Part shown: piece after piece, positions 52,495-62,808 of the stretch
How positions within the stretch are numbered: position 1 is the first letter of the stretch
Layout of the letters: each line of letters opens with the position of its first letter
Origin: Promethearchaeota archaeon
GTDB lineage: Archaea; Asgardarchaeota; Lokiarchaeia; Sigyniarchaeales; SOKP01
Length of the DNA: 64,000 nt
Assembly (NCBI GenBank): GCA_019057795.1
Contig: JAHLWS010000043.1
Location: 1-64,000 of the forward strand
Direction: 5' to 3'
The notes under the pieces: model-generated
What the model was told of the DNA's origin: nothing
Database searches by the model: none
Seen by the model: only the letters and a program-made list of their open reading frames with translations
Made by a program: the position numbers and the translations under genes

Positions 52495-52666
52495 GGTATT
52501 TGTAAAAACTCATATAATTTTTAAGTATAATATAGTATTTTTCACTCTAAAGTGTTTGCAATTTACTTTAATTACTTTAAAGCCAATTTTTGTTGTCGAT
52601 TTATATATTATCATTTCCATTATTTCTTAAAAAGAAATTTAAAATTTATAATTCTAAACTAATGGT

Positions 52667-53077
52667 GTGTATCTAATGGGTTTTGAGGAAGATAATAACG
52701 AGGAATTTGATGAAGAATTTGACGAAGATCTAGATGAAAACCTTGAGGAAGAATTAGATGAGCCTTCTACAAAGTCCCCCACGGAAGATTTTACAGTTAA
52801 AACTCCAGATGATAAAATCTCACATGAAGGAAAAAAGATTTCAGTGTATTTTCTATCAACCATAGGACCTGGTGAGAAAAAACAAAAATTACTTGTCTAT
52901 ACTGGAAATTTAGTAAGAGATATAAAAGAGACTGTAGCAAATTTGTTTGCTTTAGATCCTGCTGACTTTCATCTCTCATCCGGGGGAGTTACCATGGATG
53001 AGGGTAATCAATTAAGTGATTATAATTTGTCTGATGGAGACGATATATTACTAATTCCAGCTAGCGTTGCTGGTTGA
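52667..53077 (+). CDS. ubiquitin-like (beta-grasp) protein with acidic N-terminal extension
   Basis: VRDIKE...LSSGG...LSDYNLSDGDDILLIPASVAG*. Confidence 0.85.
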   Translation: MYLMGFEEDNNEEFDEEFDEDLDENLEEELDEPSTKSPTEDFTVKTPDDKISHEGKKISVYFLSTIGPGEKKQKLLVYTGNLVRDIKETVANLFALDPADFHLSSGGVTMDEGNQLSDYNLSDGDDILLIPASVAG

Positions 53078-53092
53078 ATAAGTTGGAAGGAT
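52931..53092 (+). repeat. direct repeat copy 1 (Ubl 3' end)
   Basis: 128 of 147 coding nt identical to 60351-60497. Confidence 0.95.
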
Positions 53093-53304
53093 CCAAAAGT
53101 TAATATTATTTTCTCCTTCTCTTTTCTCTTGAAGGAATCAAATCGGTGAGAGTTATTATGGTTTTTAGCATAGCAATTGTATGTTTTTTATTTGAATTAA
53201 AAAGTAAAAATCTTTGTTTTAATTTAGAAATCGGTCAGCATCAAAACATTTAAATACTTGACGAATCTTGTTCTTCTTAGCTCGTTTACTAGAAGAATAC
53301 TTTC

Positions 53305-54141
53305 ATGATTGAATTTAAAGTTAACGATTACGTCTCGCTTCGATTGGAAGATGAGAAGACCGTTATTTATGTAGCTGGCAAAAGGTTTAGGCAGTGTATA
53401 AATTTATTGCTATATATCCCCGTTGATGAAATACGCGAATTTGACCAAATAGAGTCTATTGACGAAGCCGCGGAAAGACTCGATAAATCGACGGAAGACG
53501 AGGTTTCACCAATAATAATTCCGGCTAAAGTTGAATTCTGGGGGCACTGCAGCAATTTACAGGTTTGGTTCGAAAAAAACTACGATACAAGAATTCTTCG
53601 TTCCAACATAGCTTTTCCGTTATTAAGAAAATTAAGCGAATCGGGCGATATGGTTGCTCTAAGAGTATTCAAAGAAGAAATCGCAAAGAGATTTTCTCAA
53701 GGGCACGATACCGTTTGCAATTTTCTAATTGAAGAAGGATACATGGACTTACTTAACAGAGAAGAGGTTCTTAGCTTAAATATCGAACAAATAGAAGTTA
53801 TACACGAATTAGAAGACTTGTTAGGAACAAGAATTAAGTTTAAGACGGGAAAACATTTATTCGAACAAGGGTTCGTGCTTGATAAAGGAATTATCAAAGG
53901 GTTAGTGTTAGACAGCTGCGATCTTGAAGAACTTCCCAAACCAGTAAGAAAACTAAAATCGTTAGAAGTACTTAAACTGCACGGTAATCGTTTAGAAACG
54001 CTTCCAGAATGGATCGGCGAACTTCGGAAATTAAAGTCTTTATATGTGCAAAACAATCGGTTGATTAGACTTCCAAACTCGCTCGGGAAGTTGAGTTCTC
54101 TTGAAAGTATAAAACTTTTTTTTTTTTTTTTATTGGCATGA
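53305..54141 (+). CDS. leucine-rich repeat protein (Loki-type N-domain), ends in a T16 run
   Basis: EFWGHCSNLQ.W...AFPLL N-domain; LxxLxLxxNxL repeats. Confidence 0.85.
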   Translation: MIEFKVNDYVSLRLEDEKTVIYVAGKRFRQCINLLLYIPVDEIREFDQIESIDEAAERLDKSTEDEVSPIIIPAKVEFWGHCSNLQVWFEKNYDTRILRSNIAFPLLRKLSESGDMVALRVFKEEIAKRFSQGHDTVCNFLIEEGYMDLLNREEVLSLNIEQIEVIHELEDLLGTRIKFKTGKHLFEQGFVLDKGIIKGLVLDSCDLEELPKPVRKLKSLEVLKLHGNRLETLPEWIGELRKLKSLYVQNNRLIRLPNSLGKLSSLESIKLFFFFLLA

Positions 54142-54258
54142 ATAATAAACCTGAAATTAATTTTACAACGCCTTCTCAAGGTAATATATCAATTTATAAA
54201 CAACTACATTATTTTTGAGATGAGGTTTATGATAATCCTACAGATTTATAGAGAAAAT

Positions 54259-54987
54259 TTAAGGAAATTGAAGGGTATTTAAAAACGATTTTGGAACTGT
54301 TCTGGCAATAGTTACTAGTTTAAATTTTATGAAATTAGATTTTGAAAGTAGTTCGATAATTCGACCTAAAGTATAACCTTGATGGAAGACATCATCAAAT
54401 ATTAACAAAGAACTGCCTTTTTCTATTTGCTCTAATAAGTCTACTGATTCCTCAAGTAAAAAGTACTTGTTATTCACATAATCTTTTCTATCTTTGTAAA
54501 AAGTTGTACTTGTTTTTTTTTCGAATAACTGATTATAAGGGATCCAAGTTAGGTTTATATTCTGAGATATTTCAGAAAATAAATTTATCATTTGTAAATT
54601 AGTTGTGGGAACCATTGTTGCATAAATTATATCCTCAATTTGCCAGTCCGAATTTGAAATTTTTTCGTTAAGAATTAGCTTTAGAATTTCATGGGAGTGT
54701 TTAAAGGGTTGCAAGCTGATTTTCCTTAATATATCTCCAAACCAATTTAAAGGATTTCCCTCATAATCTGTCTCATAAAAATGACCAGTTATGAAAGAAA
54801 TTTTGCTTTCAAGTGACTCTATACCTGAATGACATTCTTTTGGTTTATCTGAAACATTAGGGTAAAAACAAACTGGACATATTGATTTGTATTTATTTTT
54901 TAGAGCAAACTCTTCATTTGTGTCAGTATTTTTAATTATGATATCCCATGGGTCAAATCCTTTTAAATAACGAAAAGGCATATTCAT
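54259..54987 (-). CDS. ComF-like phosphoribosyltransferase-fold protein
   Basis: LLIFDDVFHQGYT PRPP-loop-like motif; CPVC...CH. Confidence 0.7.
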   Translation of the reverse strand: MNMPFRYLKGFDPWDIIIKNTDTNEEFALKNKYKSICPVCFYPNVSDKPKECHSGIESLESKISFITGHFYETDYEGNPLNWFGDILRKISLQPFKHSHEILKLILNEKISNSDWQIEDIIYATMVPTTNLQMINLFSEISQNINLTWIPYNQLFEKKTSTTFYKDRKDYVNNKYFLLEESVDLLEQIEKGSSLLIFDDVFHQGYTLGRIIELLSKSNFIKFKLVTIARTVPKSFLNTLQFP

Positions 54988-55706
54988 TATAAGATAGCTT
55001 GTGATAATAATTGTAGAAATTTAAGAATTATATTAGGTTTATGTTTTCCATATATTAAAATCGAACCGTTTTTATCAATTCTAATTGTAATCCATTTATT
55101 TTCTTGATATAACCCCTTAATTTTAATAGTTATCGCTTTTACTTGTTCTGATTGTTTAATAAGTTCAGTAATAATACCAAGTTCGTTAACATCATTTGCA
55201 TGTATATTTAATTCGTTTATTTTATCCGCTTCTATATAAGTCCTTTTAAGAATGAGTCTATGGATTTTTAAGGTAAGACCACTATTTTTTATTGATAGTA
55301 ATTTTTTCCAAACTTGCCATAACTGTTTTTCGTTAAAGATAATTGATTTAGAATCAGCTATATCACGTAAATAGACCTGTAATAAATGTTCAATCTTTTT
55401 CTCGGCTTTTCCAACTAGCAATAATTGATTATATTTTAAAATCAATTTTTCATGATTAATCCACAGAGTCTGTTTATCTTGGAACTTTTTATACTCTTCT
55501 ACTTTCATTTTAATCACAGATTTTTGCTGTATTGGTTCGAAAGAAAGATTCCTATAAGATTTTTTAGCACTTTCTACAAATAACTTTAGGGTTTGAGGAT
55601 CATCTTTATTCACTTTTACCTTACTCAAGACATCTTCATCTTCAAGATTATTTAGAGCATATTTTTCATTAATTTCTAATAATTGAAATGATGGTATTTT
55701 AATCAC
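54987..55706 (-). CDS. hypothetical protein
   Basis: 239 aa, stop overlaps next start. Confidence 0.75.
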   Translation of the reverse strand: MIKIPSFQLLEINEKYALNNLEDEDVLSKVKVNKDDPQTLKLFVESAKKSYRNLSFEPIQQKSVIKMKVEEYKKFQDKQTLWINHEKLILKYNQLLLVGKAEKKIEHLLQVYLRDIADSKSIIFNEKQLWQVWKKLLSIKNSGLTLKIHRLILKRTYIEADKINELNIHANDVNELGIITELIKQSEQVKAITIKIKGLYQENKWITIRIDKNGSILIYGKHKPNIILKFLQLLSQAIL

Positions 55707-55718
55707 ACTCTTAAATTT

Positions 55719-57401
55719 TTATATTATTATATTATTTATATCAGTTAAAAATGCATTATCTAACCTAATACGAGCAACCGGATTTGTTGTATATGGGGGA
55801 TAACCTTGACCTCCATGATTGTATTGAAAATTGAAAATTGTATTGCGAACATTTTGAATTGAACGGTCTGGATGGTTCATTGCATCTTGGTTTCCTATAA
55901 TAATTAATTTTTTCTTTGCTCTGGATAAGCCCACATACATCAGATTGAATTGTGTAAAAAAATCAGATTTAGTTCGTGGTCGAGCAAAGGTTAATGAATA
56001 TATAACTGCTTCTGCTTCTTGTCCTTGATATTGGTGTACTGTCCCAGTTCTGACATTATGATTCATAAAAATCTCAACTTGAGGTCTATAAGGGGCCGTT
56101 AATATTATATCCTCATTTGATAATACTTGATAAGCATGTCTCAATGCATAATAAACCCCGAGCGCAATCTCAGCTTCACGCTCATTTATCCTTGATCTCC
56201 CGACTGTTCGATCTAATGCTTGAGGAATATCAGAAGTATCTAAAATCACAAGAGGATGGTCAGGCTTCAATATTTCATCTAAAACATTCAATGTTTGTTG
56301 ATTAAGATTCGGAATATTATTTAAATCATAATTAGTTCTTGGTAGTACGTAATCATTTGAGGTTGTTGGAGCATCAGGAATGACGGTTCGAGGTATGGGG
56401 AGAATTCTTTCAGTTATCTGTGCTATTGCGGGATGCATTCGATATTGTCGATGTAATTCAATTCTTCTATCTATTGGAATAGGAATATTTTGATAAGTAT
56501 TCATTCCCTGTAAATATGATAGCGCGCTGACACCTAATGGAGCTAATGTAGATACAGGAGGTAATTGCTTATCATCACCGATCATACAGATGGATTGAAT
56601 TGTATGCGTGGGTATAACTTGGTAAAATTGAGGAACAGTCAATTGACTAGCTTCATCGTATATAACACCTCGTACTCTGACATTCGATCTGGGATCATTT
56701 GTTAATATTGAAAGTGAGTCAGTAGTACCAACAAAAATTAGGACCTCTCCCAATATTGCATTCCAATCTCTTTGTTGTATAAAGGTGTTACTTGGCATTC
56801 TATTATTAATAATAAAGTCATCAGGATTTAAATTTAGTCTTTGGTGTAAAACCTGAAAAGAATAAGAATCTTGAGCATACTGGGATTGTACTAATTTTAT
56901 CCTCTCAAAATAATCTGGTGTATTTGCAAGTGATGCTATTTCATGGAATTTTTCATAAATTCTGTACGCTCCAGCATTCGAAAAAGTAGCAATGAAGACT
57001 CGTTCTGGTTGACCCCTATCTCTCCTAGCTCTTAAGAGATTTCCTGGTGTAAATACTCGAAGTGCACTTCCGGAACATATAACATGTGTCTTTCCCGTAC
57101 CAGGTGGGCCTATTACTAATGTTGAAGCAACCACCTTTCGACTAATATGAAAATTATTTCCAGGATCAGTAAATGTATGGATTTGTTCTGGAGGAACGTT
57201 ACTTATACGGGCGGGTAATTGAGTTGATCTTTTATTTTGTGGAACATTTTCAATGGGATCTCTTATAGCTCGTACTGCTCTTCTCTGTTCAGAATTGAAC
57301 GGAATAGTAGGTCTTATAAACTGGACTAGCCCTGTTTGAGCATTAAGACTCTGCTCTAAAAAGTTATACAAAACCTCTTCCCAATTATTTATTTGAGCCA
57401 T
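55719..57401 (-). CDS. SF1B (Upf1/Dna2-like) helicase
   Basis: NSEQ, GPPGTGKT, SNAG, DEASQ, GDDKQLPP, QYRMHP, PYRPQ, TVHQYQGQE, VGLSRAK. Confidence 0.92.
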   Translation of the reverse strand: MAQINNWEEVLYNFLEQSLNAQTGLVQFIRPTIPFNSEQRRAVRAIRDPIENVPQNKRSTQLPARISNVPPEQIHTFTDPGNNFHISRKVVASTLVIGPPGTGKTHVICSGSALRVFTPGNLLRARRDRGQPERVFIATFSNAGAYRIYEKFHEIASLANTPDYFERIKLVQSQYAQDSYSFQVLHQRLNLNPDDFIINNRMPSNTFIQQRDWNAILGEVLIFVGTTDSLSILTNDPRSNVRVRGVIYDEASQLTVPQFYQVIPTHTIQSICMIGDDKQLPPVSTLAPLGVSALSYLQGMNTYQNIPIPIDRRIELHRQYRMHPAIAQITERILPIPRTVIPDAPTTSNDYVLPRTNYDLNNIPNLNQQTLNVLDEILKPDHPLVILDTSDIPQALDRTVGRSRINEREAEIALGVYYALRHAYQVLSNEDIILTAPYRPQVEIFMNHNVRTGTVHQYQGQEAEAVIYSLTFARPRTKSDFFTQFNLMYVGLSRAKKKLIIIGNQDAMNHPDRSIQNVRNTIFNFQYNHGGQGYPPYTTNPVARIRLDNAFLTDINNIII

Positions 57402-57421
57402 AATTTTTCTGACCTAATATA

Positions 57422-59170
57422 TTATACATATCTTGCAAATCTACCAAATGTGGCAACTCCAACTCTTTTATATCGCTCATCTAATCTACGTTCTAGGATA
57501 TCGTCTGGGCTTAATGGATTTCCAGACCGCTCAGAAAATTGGATCGCTCTAATTAATTGCTTCTTTTGTCTCTTTATGTTAAAAATATCTTCGGTAATTG
57601 ATAGTTTTCCGATGATACAATTAATATTATTCCCTCCGCCTACACTTGCCAAGTTATAAGGATTGTTTTGAATCCATGGGTTCATAGGAACTATAGGATT
57701 TATAATATAATCATTATTAACTAACCTTCTCTCGAATGATATCTTACAGTCACTTTCATAACATAAAGGGGACATCAAACAGACATCATATTTTCTATCT
57801 GAAACTTCAGGTAAAGTCCAGTGATTTGGCATTGAAGGGTGAAATATCCATTGCTGTGTATTATCTTGATATATCTCTCCAATCCAAAAACTTGAGAATT
57901 GATTTAGATCAAATAGTTGTAATGGAAAAAGTCTTGTAATTTTAAACAGTGTTTCGTGTTTAAATACAGCTTCATCTCTTAGATACCTTAAGAATTTGTA
58001 AACATTTGATTCCACTCGGTCTCTGGGAAATTGTTGATTGCTAATTCGTCTATCTTTCATCCCACACCCTTGTGTCCCACCTATTGGACAAAAGTAATCT
58101 CCTGGTATGTTTTGACCAATTTGGAAAGGACAAGGATTGAAACCTTGAAATGAATTCACTATCCCTGGATAATTTGAATATAAAAAATTTAAAATGATTG
58201 CAGCTTGTCCAGTTTCATTTTTAAAATTCTGTGTGGGATTCATTCTAATTGAATGATCAATAGTGTCTACGATAATATCAAACTCTCTAAAATTAAAATT
58301 ATTAAGATCATAATATGAACTGAAAATAACATTATCCATTGCATCATAGAGTTCGAGAGGAAGTTTTTGATTCTCCACTAATTGTGCTAAACTTTCTCTC
58401 AATATCCACATTTTATGAAATTCTTTAATGATAAAAAATAATCTAATTCCCTCTGGTGTGTTTATATTATCTCTTAGATCTATGGGAGGATCGAAAAAAT
58501 TATCTGCAATTGGAACTGGTACACGAATCTCACGATTTTTCAAGTGAATTATGGGAATAATTCCCTTGATAGCTATAAGTCCCCTCCAGTAAAAACTATT
58601 TGCGGGTCGTTGCGAGCCAATTCCGATATTTGCTCGTCTTAATTGGGTGAGTGTAACCCTTGTATTGTCTGACCTGTAGATATTAAAATCTTCATTTAAT
58701 ACATTCAAATTGAATAAGACATCACGTGACGAATGATATCTATCTAAAATATTCTCATTATTTAAGCGTTCTAAATACTGGCTAATATAATTCATAGTTC
58801 TTATATCAGAGTCTTCAGGATCTGAGTTTCCTCTAATGGAATCGAGAAGTTGTCCTGGGTCTCTGATATTCCTCATTATCGAGTCGGGATAGGTGCTTCG
58901 TGCTAATGCCCGCATCAAAACTACCGCAAACTCCCGAAATCTAGACTCAAAATTGAAATATTGCGGAAATTCTTCGTTTGGGTCATTTGGGTTTACCAAT
59001 AATCCACCCCACCTCGGAAAACTACCTCTTATCAATTCAAGAAATCGCCATCGATAACAAGGATTGCAAAATTCATCAACATCCGCAAAAGGGAAATATT
59101 TAAGATTAAAAGGTGTCCAAACTCCATCTAATATCGTTCTCTTTGATGCTCTCTTGAAACTTCTACTCAA
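57422..59170 (-). CDS. hypothetical, possible Cas4/Dna2-like Fe-S nuclease-fold protein
   Basis: N-terminal DVDEFCNPCYR and distal CPF...CP...C cluster. Confidence 0.5.
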   Translation of the reverse strand: MSRSFKRASKRTILDGVWTPFNLKYFPFADVDEFCNPCYRWRFLELIRGSFPRWGGLLVNPNDPNEEFPQYFNFESRFREFAVVLMRALARSTYPDSIMRNIRDPGQLLDSIRGNSDPEDSDIRTMNYISQYLERLNNENILDRYHSSRDVLFNLNVLNEDFNIYRSDNTRVTLTQLRRANIGIGSQRPANSFYWRGLIAIKGIIPIIHLKNREIRVPVPIADNFFDPPIDLRDNINTPEGIRLFFIIKEFHKMWILRESLAQLVENQKLPLELYDAMDNVIFSSYYDLNNFNFREFDIIVDTIDHSIRMNPTQNFKNETGQAAIILNFLYSNYPGIVNSFQGFNPCPFQIGQNIPGDYFCPIGGTQGCGMKDRRISNQQFPRDRVESNVYKFLRYLRDEAVFKHETLFKITRLFPLQLFDLNQFSSFWIGEIYQDNTQQWIFHPSMPNHWTLPEVSDRKYDVCLMSPLCYESDCKISFERRLVNNDYIINPIVPMNPWIQNNPYNLASVGGGNNINCIIGKLSITEDIFNIKRQKKQLIRAIQFSERSGNPLSPDDILERRLDERYKRVGVATFGRFARYV

Positions 59171-60015
59171 TCTAAATCACCCCATGGTATTATTTTAATA
59201 TTCAAATCTACCATCCTTACATATACTAATTCGTTTATAATGTCTGCAATTTCATCTAATTCCTCATCCATAGTTTTATCACACTTATTGTCTGACTTTA
59301 GTTTCAGATATTGTGCTAAAATAACTCTTTTAAATATTGGTAAATCGTCATACTTGTAAATTATTTTTTCTTTTCTTATTTCAAGTAAAGATATAATCCA
59401 CTTGAATAATAAATGTAGAGAAAGGACAATATCAATCTCTTCATCACTCAATTTGGAAAAAAAAGACTTAAAATCTTCTTCATACATATCCAATTGATAT
59501 CTAGCATAATTAATTAGTGTTGCATCATCGGTATCGTCATTCTCTTCATCAAATAGATTATCATAAAGCAATTTTTCTAAACTTGAAGGAATGCAGATAT
59601 CATTTGATGCAATAAAAGATATAAACCCATGGTATTTCCGATCTTTTCTCCATTTTTCCATTAATGTCTTATCTGTGGATATGAGTTCATATAAATGTTT
59701 ACAAATGGTATTAGGGCTAAAGGGAATGATTCTAAATACTTTTTTTGATGTTTTGCTGATATTTTCAGTCTCATTTGGTTTATCTTTTTTTTCAGATAGA
59801 ATTTTTATACAGACGGGAAAATCCTCATCGGGGTATGTTTCTTTCAAGTTCATTAAAATAGCCCATAATTTAGATGCTAAGAGCTCTTGTTTTATTTTTG
59901 AATAATTAATATTGAGATTGAAATGAGGACAATTGCTATTAAATGACCCTATAAGTTTTTCAAGTTCTTTTTTAGGTGTATTTAAAAGAACTTTCCTTAA
60001 TTCCATTTTGTCCAT
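59167..60015 (-). CDS. hypothetical helical protein, first gene of operon
   Basis: 282 aa; 4-nt overlap with next gene. Confidence 0.75.
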   Translation of the reverse strand: MDKMELRKVLLNTPKKELEKLIGSFNSNCPHFNLNINYSKIKQELLASKLWAILMNLKETYPDEDFPVCIKILSEKKDKPNETENISKTSKKVFRIIPFSPNTICKHLYELISTDKTLMEKWRKDRKYHGFISFIASNDICIPSSLEKLLYDNLFDEENDDTDDATLINYARYQLDMYEEDFKSFFSKLSDEEIDIVLSLHLLFKWIISLLEIRKEKIIYKYDDLPIFKRVILAQYLKLKSDNKCDKTMDEELDEIADIINELVYVRMVDLNIKIIPWGDLD

Positions 60016-60350
60016 ATTTCCCTAGAAGAGATAGAATACTTTTATATAAAAACATTATTAATACATATTTAATATTTTAAAAAAATCAGAGATGAGACTG
60101 ATTTTCTAATTTTATTTATAAACGTAAGAAGAAATAAGAAACTTATTCTACTTTATTTTTATTTTTTATTTTATTGTATTATAGCATCGTTTTTGCTCGT
60201 TTTTAGATTATAAAAGATTTTTTATAAAAGTATCTACTAGTAAATTAAAATTTTTTCCAAAGCATTTTATGTACTATTGCTTTTGATTTTCACACATCTC
60301 TTGCATTTTCTTCTCTCTAAAAAACTCTAAGGATTAAAAATGGAGATTTT

Positions 60351-60512
60351 ACTGTAGCAAATTTGTTTGCTTTAGATCCTGCAGATTTTCATTTATCTTC
60401 GGGGGGAGTCACTATGGATGAAACTTCGATGTTAAGTGATTATAATTTGTCTGATGGAGATGATATCTTACTAATTCCAGCTAGCGTTGCTGGTTGAATA
60501 GGTTGGAAAGAT
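60351..60512 (+). pseudogene. 5'-truncated Ubl copy / direct repeat copy 2
   Basis: TVANLFALDPADFHLSSGGVTMDETSMLSDYNLSDGDDILLIPASVAG*; no in-frame start. Confidence 0.9.
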
Positions 60513-60621
60513 ATAGACAATTTAATAATATTATTATCTTTTTTCACTTCTATTTTTTTTTTTTCTTGATGGAATTAGCGCACTAGTAATTACGCGTCTT
60601 AATTTAAAATAGAAATGTATT

Positions 60622-61002
60622 CTAATTGAGTTTTTTAAGAGCTTCAATCTCCTTCATATAGGATTTCTCAAGAATCTCGTAACATTCAAGACAGTACCAC
60701 ACTTTGTCTCTCAGGCTGAAAATATGATCTCCTTCGATATCTCGGCAAGTTGCGCAAACGACTATTGAAGCAGAAAAGTTCTTTCGAAGATTGCTTGCTT
60801 GATCGATAACTGGCCTAACTGCAAGCAAATAATTGTCATAACTTAAAACAAGAGCTGCCCTTTTGGCTTGTAGCCTTGCTCGCTCCTCGTGAAATTCATT
60901 TAATCTTTTTTGGTAATCTTTTAAAAGAACGCGCCGAAATTCTAAGCGTATCTTCCGCAACTTTGGATTTTTTAATTTTATTAGTCTTTCTCTTTCTCTC
61001 AA
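60622..61002 (-). CDS. hypothetical Zn-finger protein
   Basis: CATC...WYCLECY. Confidence 0.7.
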   Translation of the reverse strand: MRERERLIKLKNPKLRKIRLEFRRVLLKDYQKRLNEFHEERARLQAKRAALVLSYDNYLLAVRPVIDQASNLRKNFSASIVVCATCRDIEGDHIFSLRDKVWYCLECYEILEKSYMKEIEALKKLN

Positions 61003-61095
61003 ACCGGGCGCCTGCTTTTTATTGCTTATTTAACAAAACATGTTACACAAAAAACAATAATAATATTTAAACTAATAGTCTCTGGAATTTATAGC

Positions 61096-61578
61096 TTAAA
61101 TGTATCTGATTATCTTTACGAAACTTCTGGGCAACACTCCAGGTAACATCGAATCAAAGACCTTGAAGTCTTCCGTGCTTCCTAATACGCCTATCACTTT
61201 TGATAGCTGAATCTTTTTTACCAAGTTAAGCTGTTTGGTAAAAACCGAGTTGAAATCTGTATTTAAAAACCCTGAATATCCATTGTCTTGAATTTCTACC
61301 CCCCGATCGTTCCATACTTTAAGAGAGGCCTCTAAATCGTTATCATTTAATTCTAATATTTTCTCATAGACTCCTCGCCATTCGGCACCAAAATTATGTT
61401 TCAGAGCGGTGATTAAATCTTGCTCGGTTATTTGTCTAATCTTACCACTCGCGTCTCGCAATCTATCTAGCTCCACTATAGTTCCTAAAAGTGCTTCTAT
61501 GTAAGCTTCGGCTACACGAGGGCCCAATTCCTTAAAAAGAGGTTCAAAATCTTTCTTATGATAGCTTTTCGAGGTCAT
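61096..61578 (-). CDS. hypothetical protein
   Basis: Probable start MTSKSY at 61578 within track ORF 61096..61776. Confidence 0.6.
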   Translation of the reverse strand: MTSKSYHKKDFEPLFKELGPRVAEAYIEALLGTIVELDRLRDASGKIRQITEQDLITALKHNFGAEWRGVYEKILELNDNDLEASLKVWNDRGVEIQDNGYSGFLNTDFNSVFTKQLNLVKKIQLSKVIGVLGSTEDFKVFDSMLPGVLPRSFVKIIRYI

Positions 61579-61593
61579 AGCAAAATCGCCAAA

Positions 61594-61743
61594 GTGGAGA
61601 TTTACAACGGTAAAAAAGAAAAAATAAGAGAAAACGAATCTTGTTTCTATTGTGGAAGCACAAATACAGAAACTTTCAAACATTGCAACGGTTTGATGTT
61701 TGAGATTCATTGCAACAGTTGTGGAGAAAATTCCATTTATTAA
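61594..61743 (+). CDS. possible small Zn-ribbon protein
   Basis: CFYCG...CNSCG. Confidence 0.35.
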   Translation: MEIYNGKKEKIRENESCFYCGSTNTETFKHCNGLMFEIHCNSCGENSIY

Positions 61744-61937
61744 ACACGGAGATAATTTACTATCGTAATGCTTCAAGAATTCTGGTATTAGTTTTGCTTT
61801 ATATACTTGTTTGCGTTCTTAATTCCTACCAAAATCAAAAAATTTACATGATGGAAAATGATAGAATTCAATTTAATTCATTATTGAATTGCTTAACTAA
61901 GTATTATTAATACCTACAAGTACTGCGAGCTAATAAT

Positions 61938-62723
61938 TTACTTTCTCGATGGAATCAGGGCTATTTCGTCGTCATCGTCAATAGGAAAGCCCCTTATCGG
62001 CTTAGATTCGTCTAATAAAATCCCCCCAGATGACAATAGAAAATCTTCTAGATTATAATCAAATAATATTCCAACTTTTTCTTTAATGACACTTACTAAT
62101 TCAGACGTATCAATAATGAGAATCTTAGTTTTCTCACCTGATTCGACTAATGACCTTACATAAACACGTATTTTCTCATCCATTCCAATGGTATGCAATG
62201 GTGGGTTGTATATCACCTGTTCCTCAGTTAGGCTCTTGGTTTCTAACATATCTTCAATTAACTGTTTTCTCTCGTAAGCGTTAAAATACAACATTTCCCT
62301 AATAAAAAATATTTTATCCATTTTTGATAATCCTAAGAGATTAATTTTAGCTATTTGCTCTTTACTAAAAATAGTAAAAATATAATCATCCATCGATTCT
62401 ATTTCTTCAAACGATTCCAACGCATTCGCATATTTATCTACTAAAGGCATTGCATCAAAGTAATCCTCAAGTAGAGCACTACTTTTTTTCTTAAGTGGTT
62501 TTTGTTTAGGAAAAGATTTAATGCCTTTCATCTTCACAATAGGGATACTTTTAGATTGAAAAACCGTGTAGATAGTGCCTGTGGATAGCACAGCAACACT
62601 CCCAATTGTTAAAAAGAGATATACTGGAACATTTTCTACTTGTAAAAATATAAGAATCAAATAGATAAATGCAATCCCTACATAAAGAGTAATGAGACTT
62701 AATATTCTATAATTCTTTCTCAT
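61938..62723 (-). CDS. membrane-anchored protein with C-terminal ubiquitin-like domain
   Basis: Two N-terminal TM helices; C-terminus aligns with 52667 Ubl (GEK...LSSGG...DDDEIALIP) but ends SRK. Confidence 0.82.
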   Translation of the reverse strand: MRKNYRILSLITLYVGIAFIYLILIFLQVENVPVYLFLTIGSVAVLSTGTIYTVFQSKSIPIVKMKGIKSFPKQKPLKKKSSALLEDYFDAMPLVDKYANALESFEEIESMDDYIFTIFSKEQIAKINLLGLSKMDKIFFIREMLYFNAYERKQLIEDMLETKSLTEEQVIYNPPLHTIGMDEKIRVYVRSLVESGEKTKILIIDTSELVSVIKEKVGILFDYNLEDFLLSSGGILLDESKPIRGFPIDDDDEIALIPSRK

Positions 62724-62808
62724 GATTTTTACGATAAATTTTTATTCAAATTAATTAAAATATAATCAAAATATAAATCCCATTGGTATAAGTTTGAAAT
62801 TTTAATGT

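Larger units (their letters stand above)
53093..60512. mobile_element. 7.4-kb insert bounded by duplicated Ubl 3' end
   Basis: Direct repeats 7420 bp apart; atypical cargo; no integrase seen. Confidence 0.6.
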
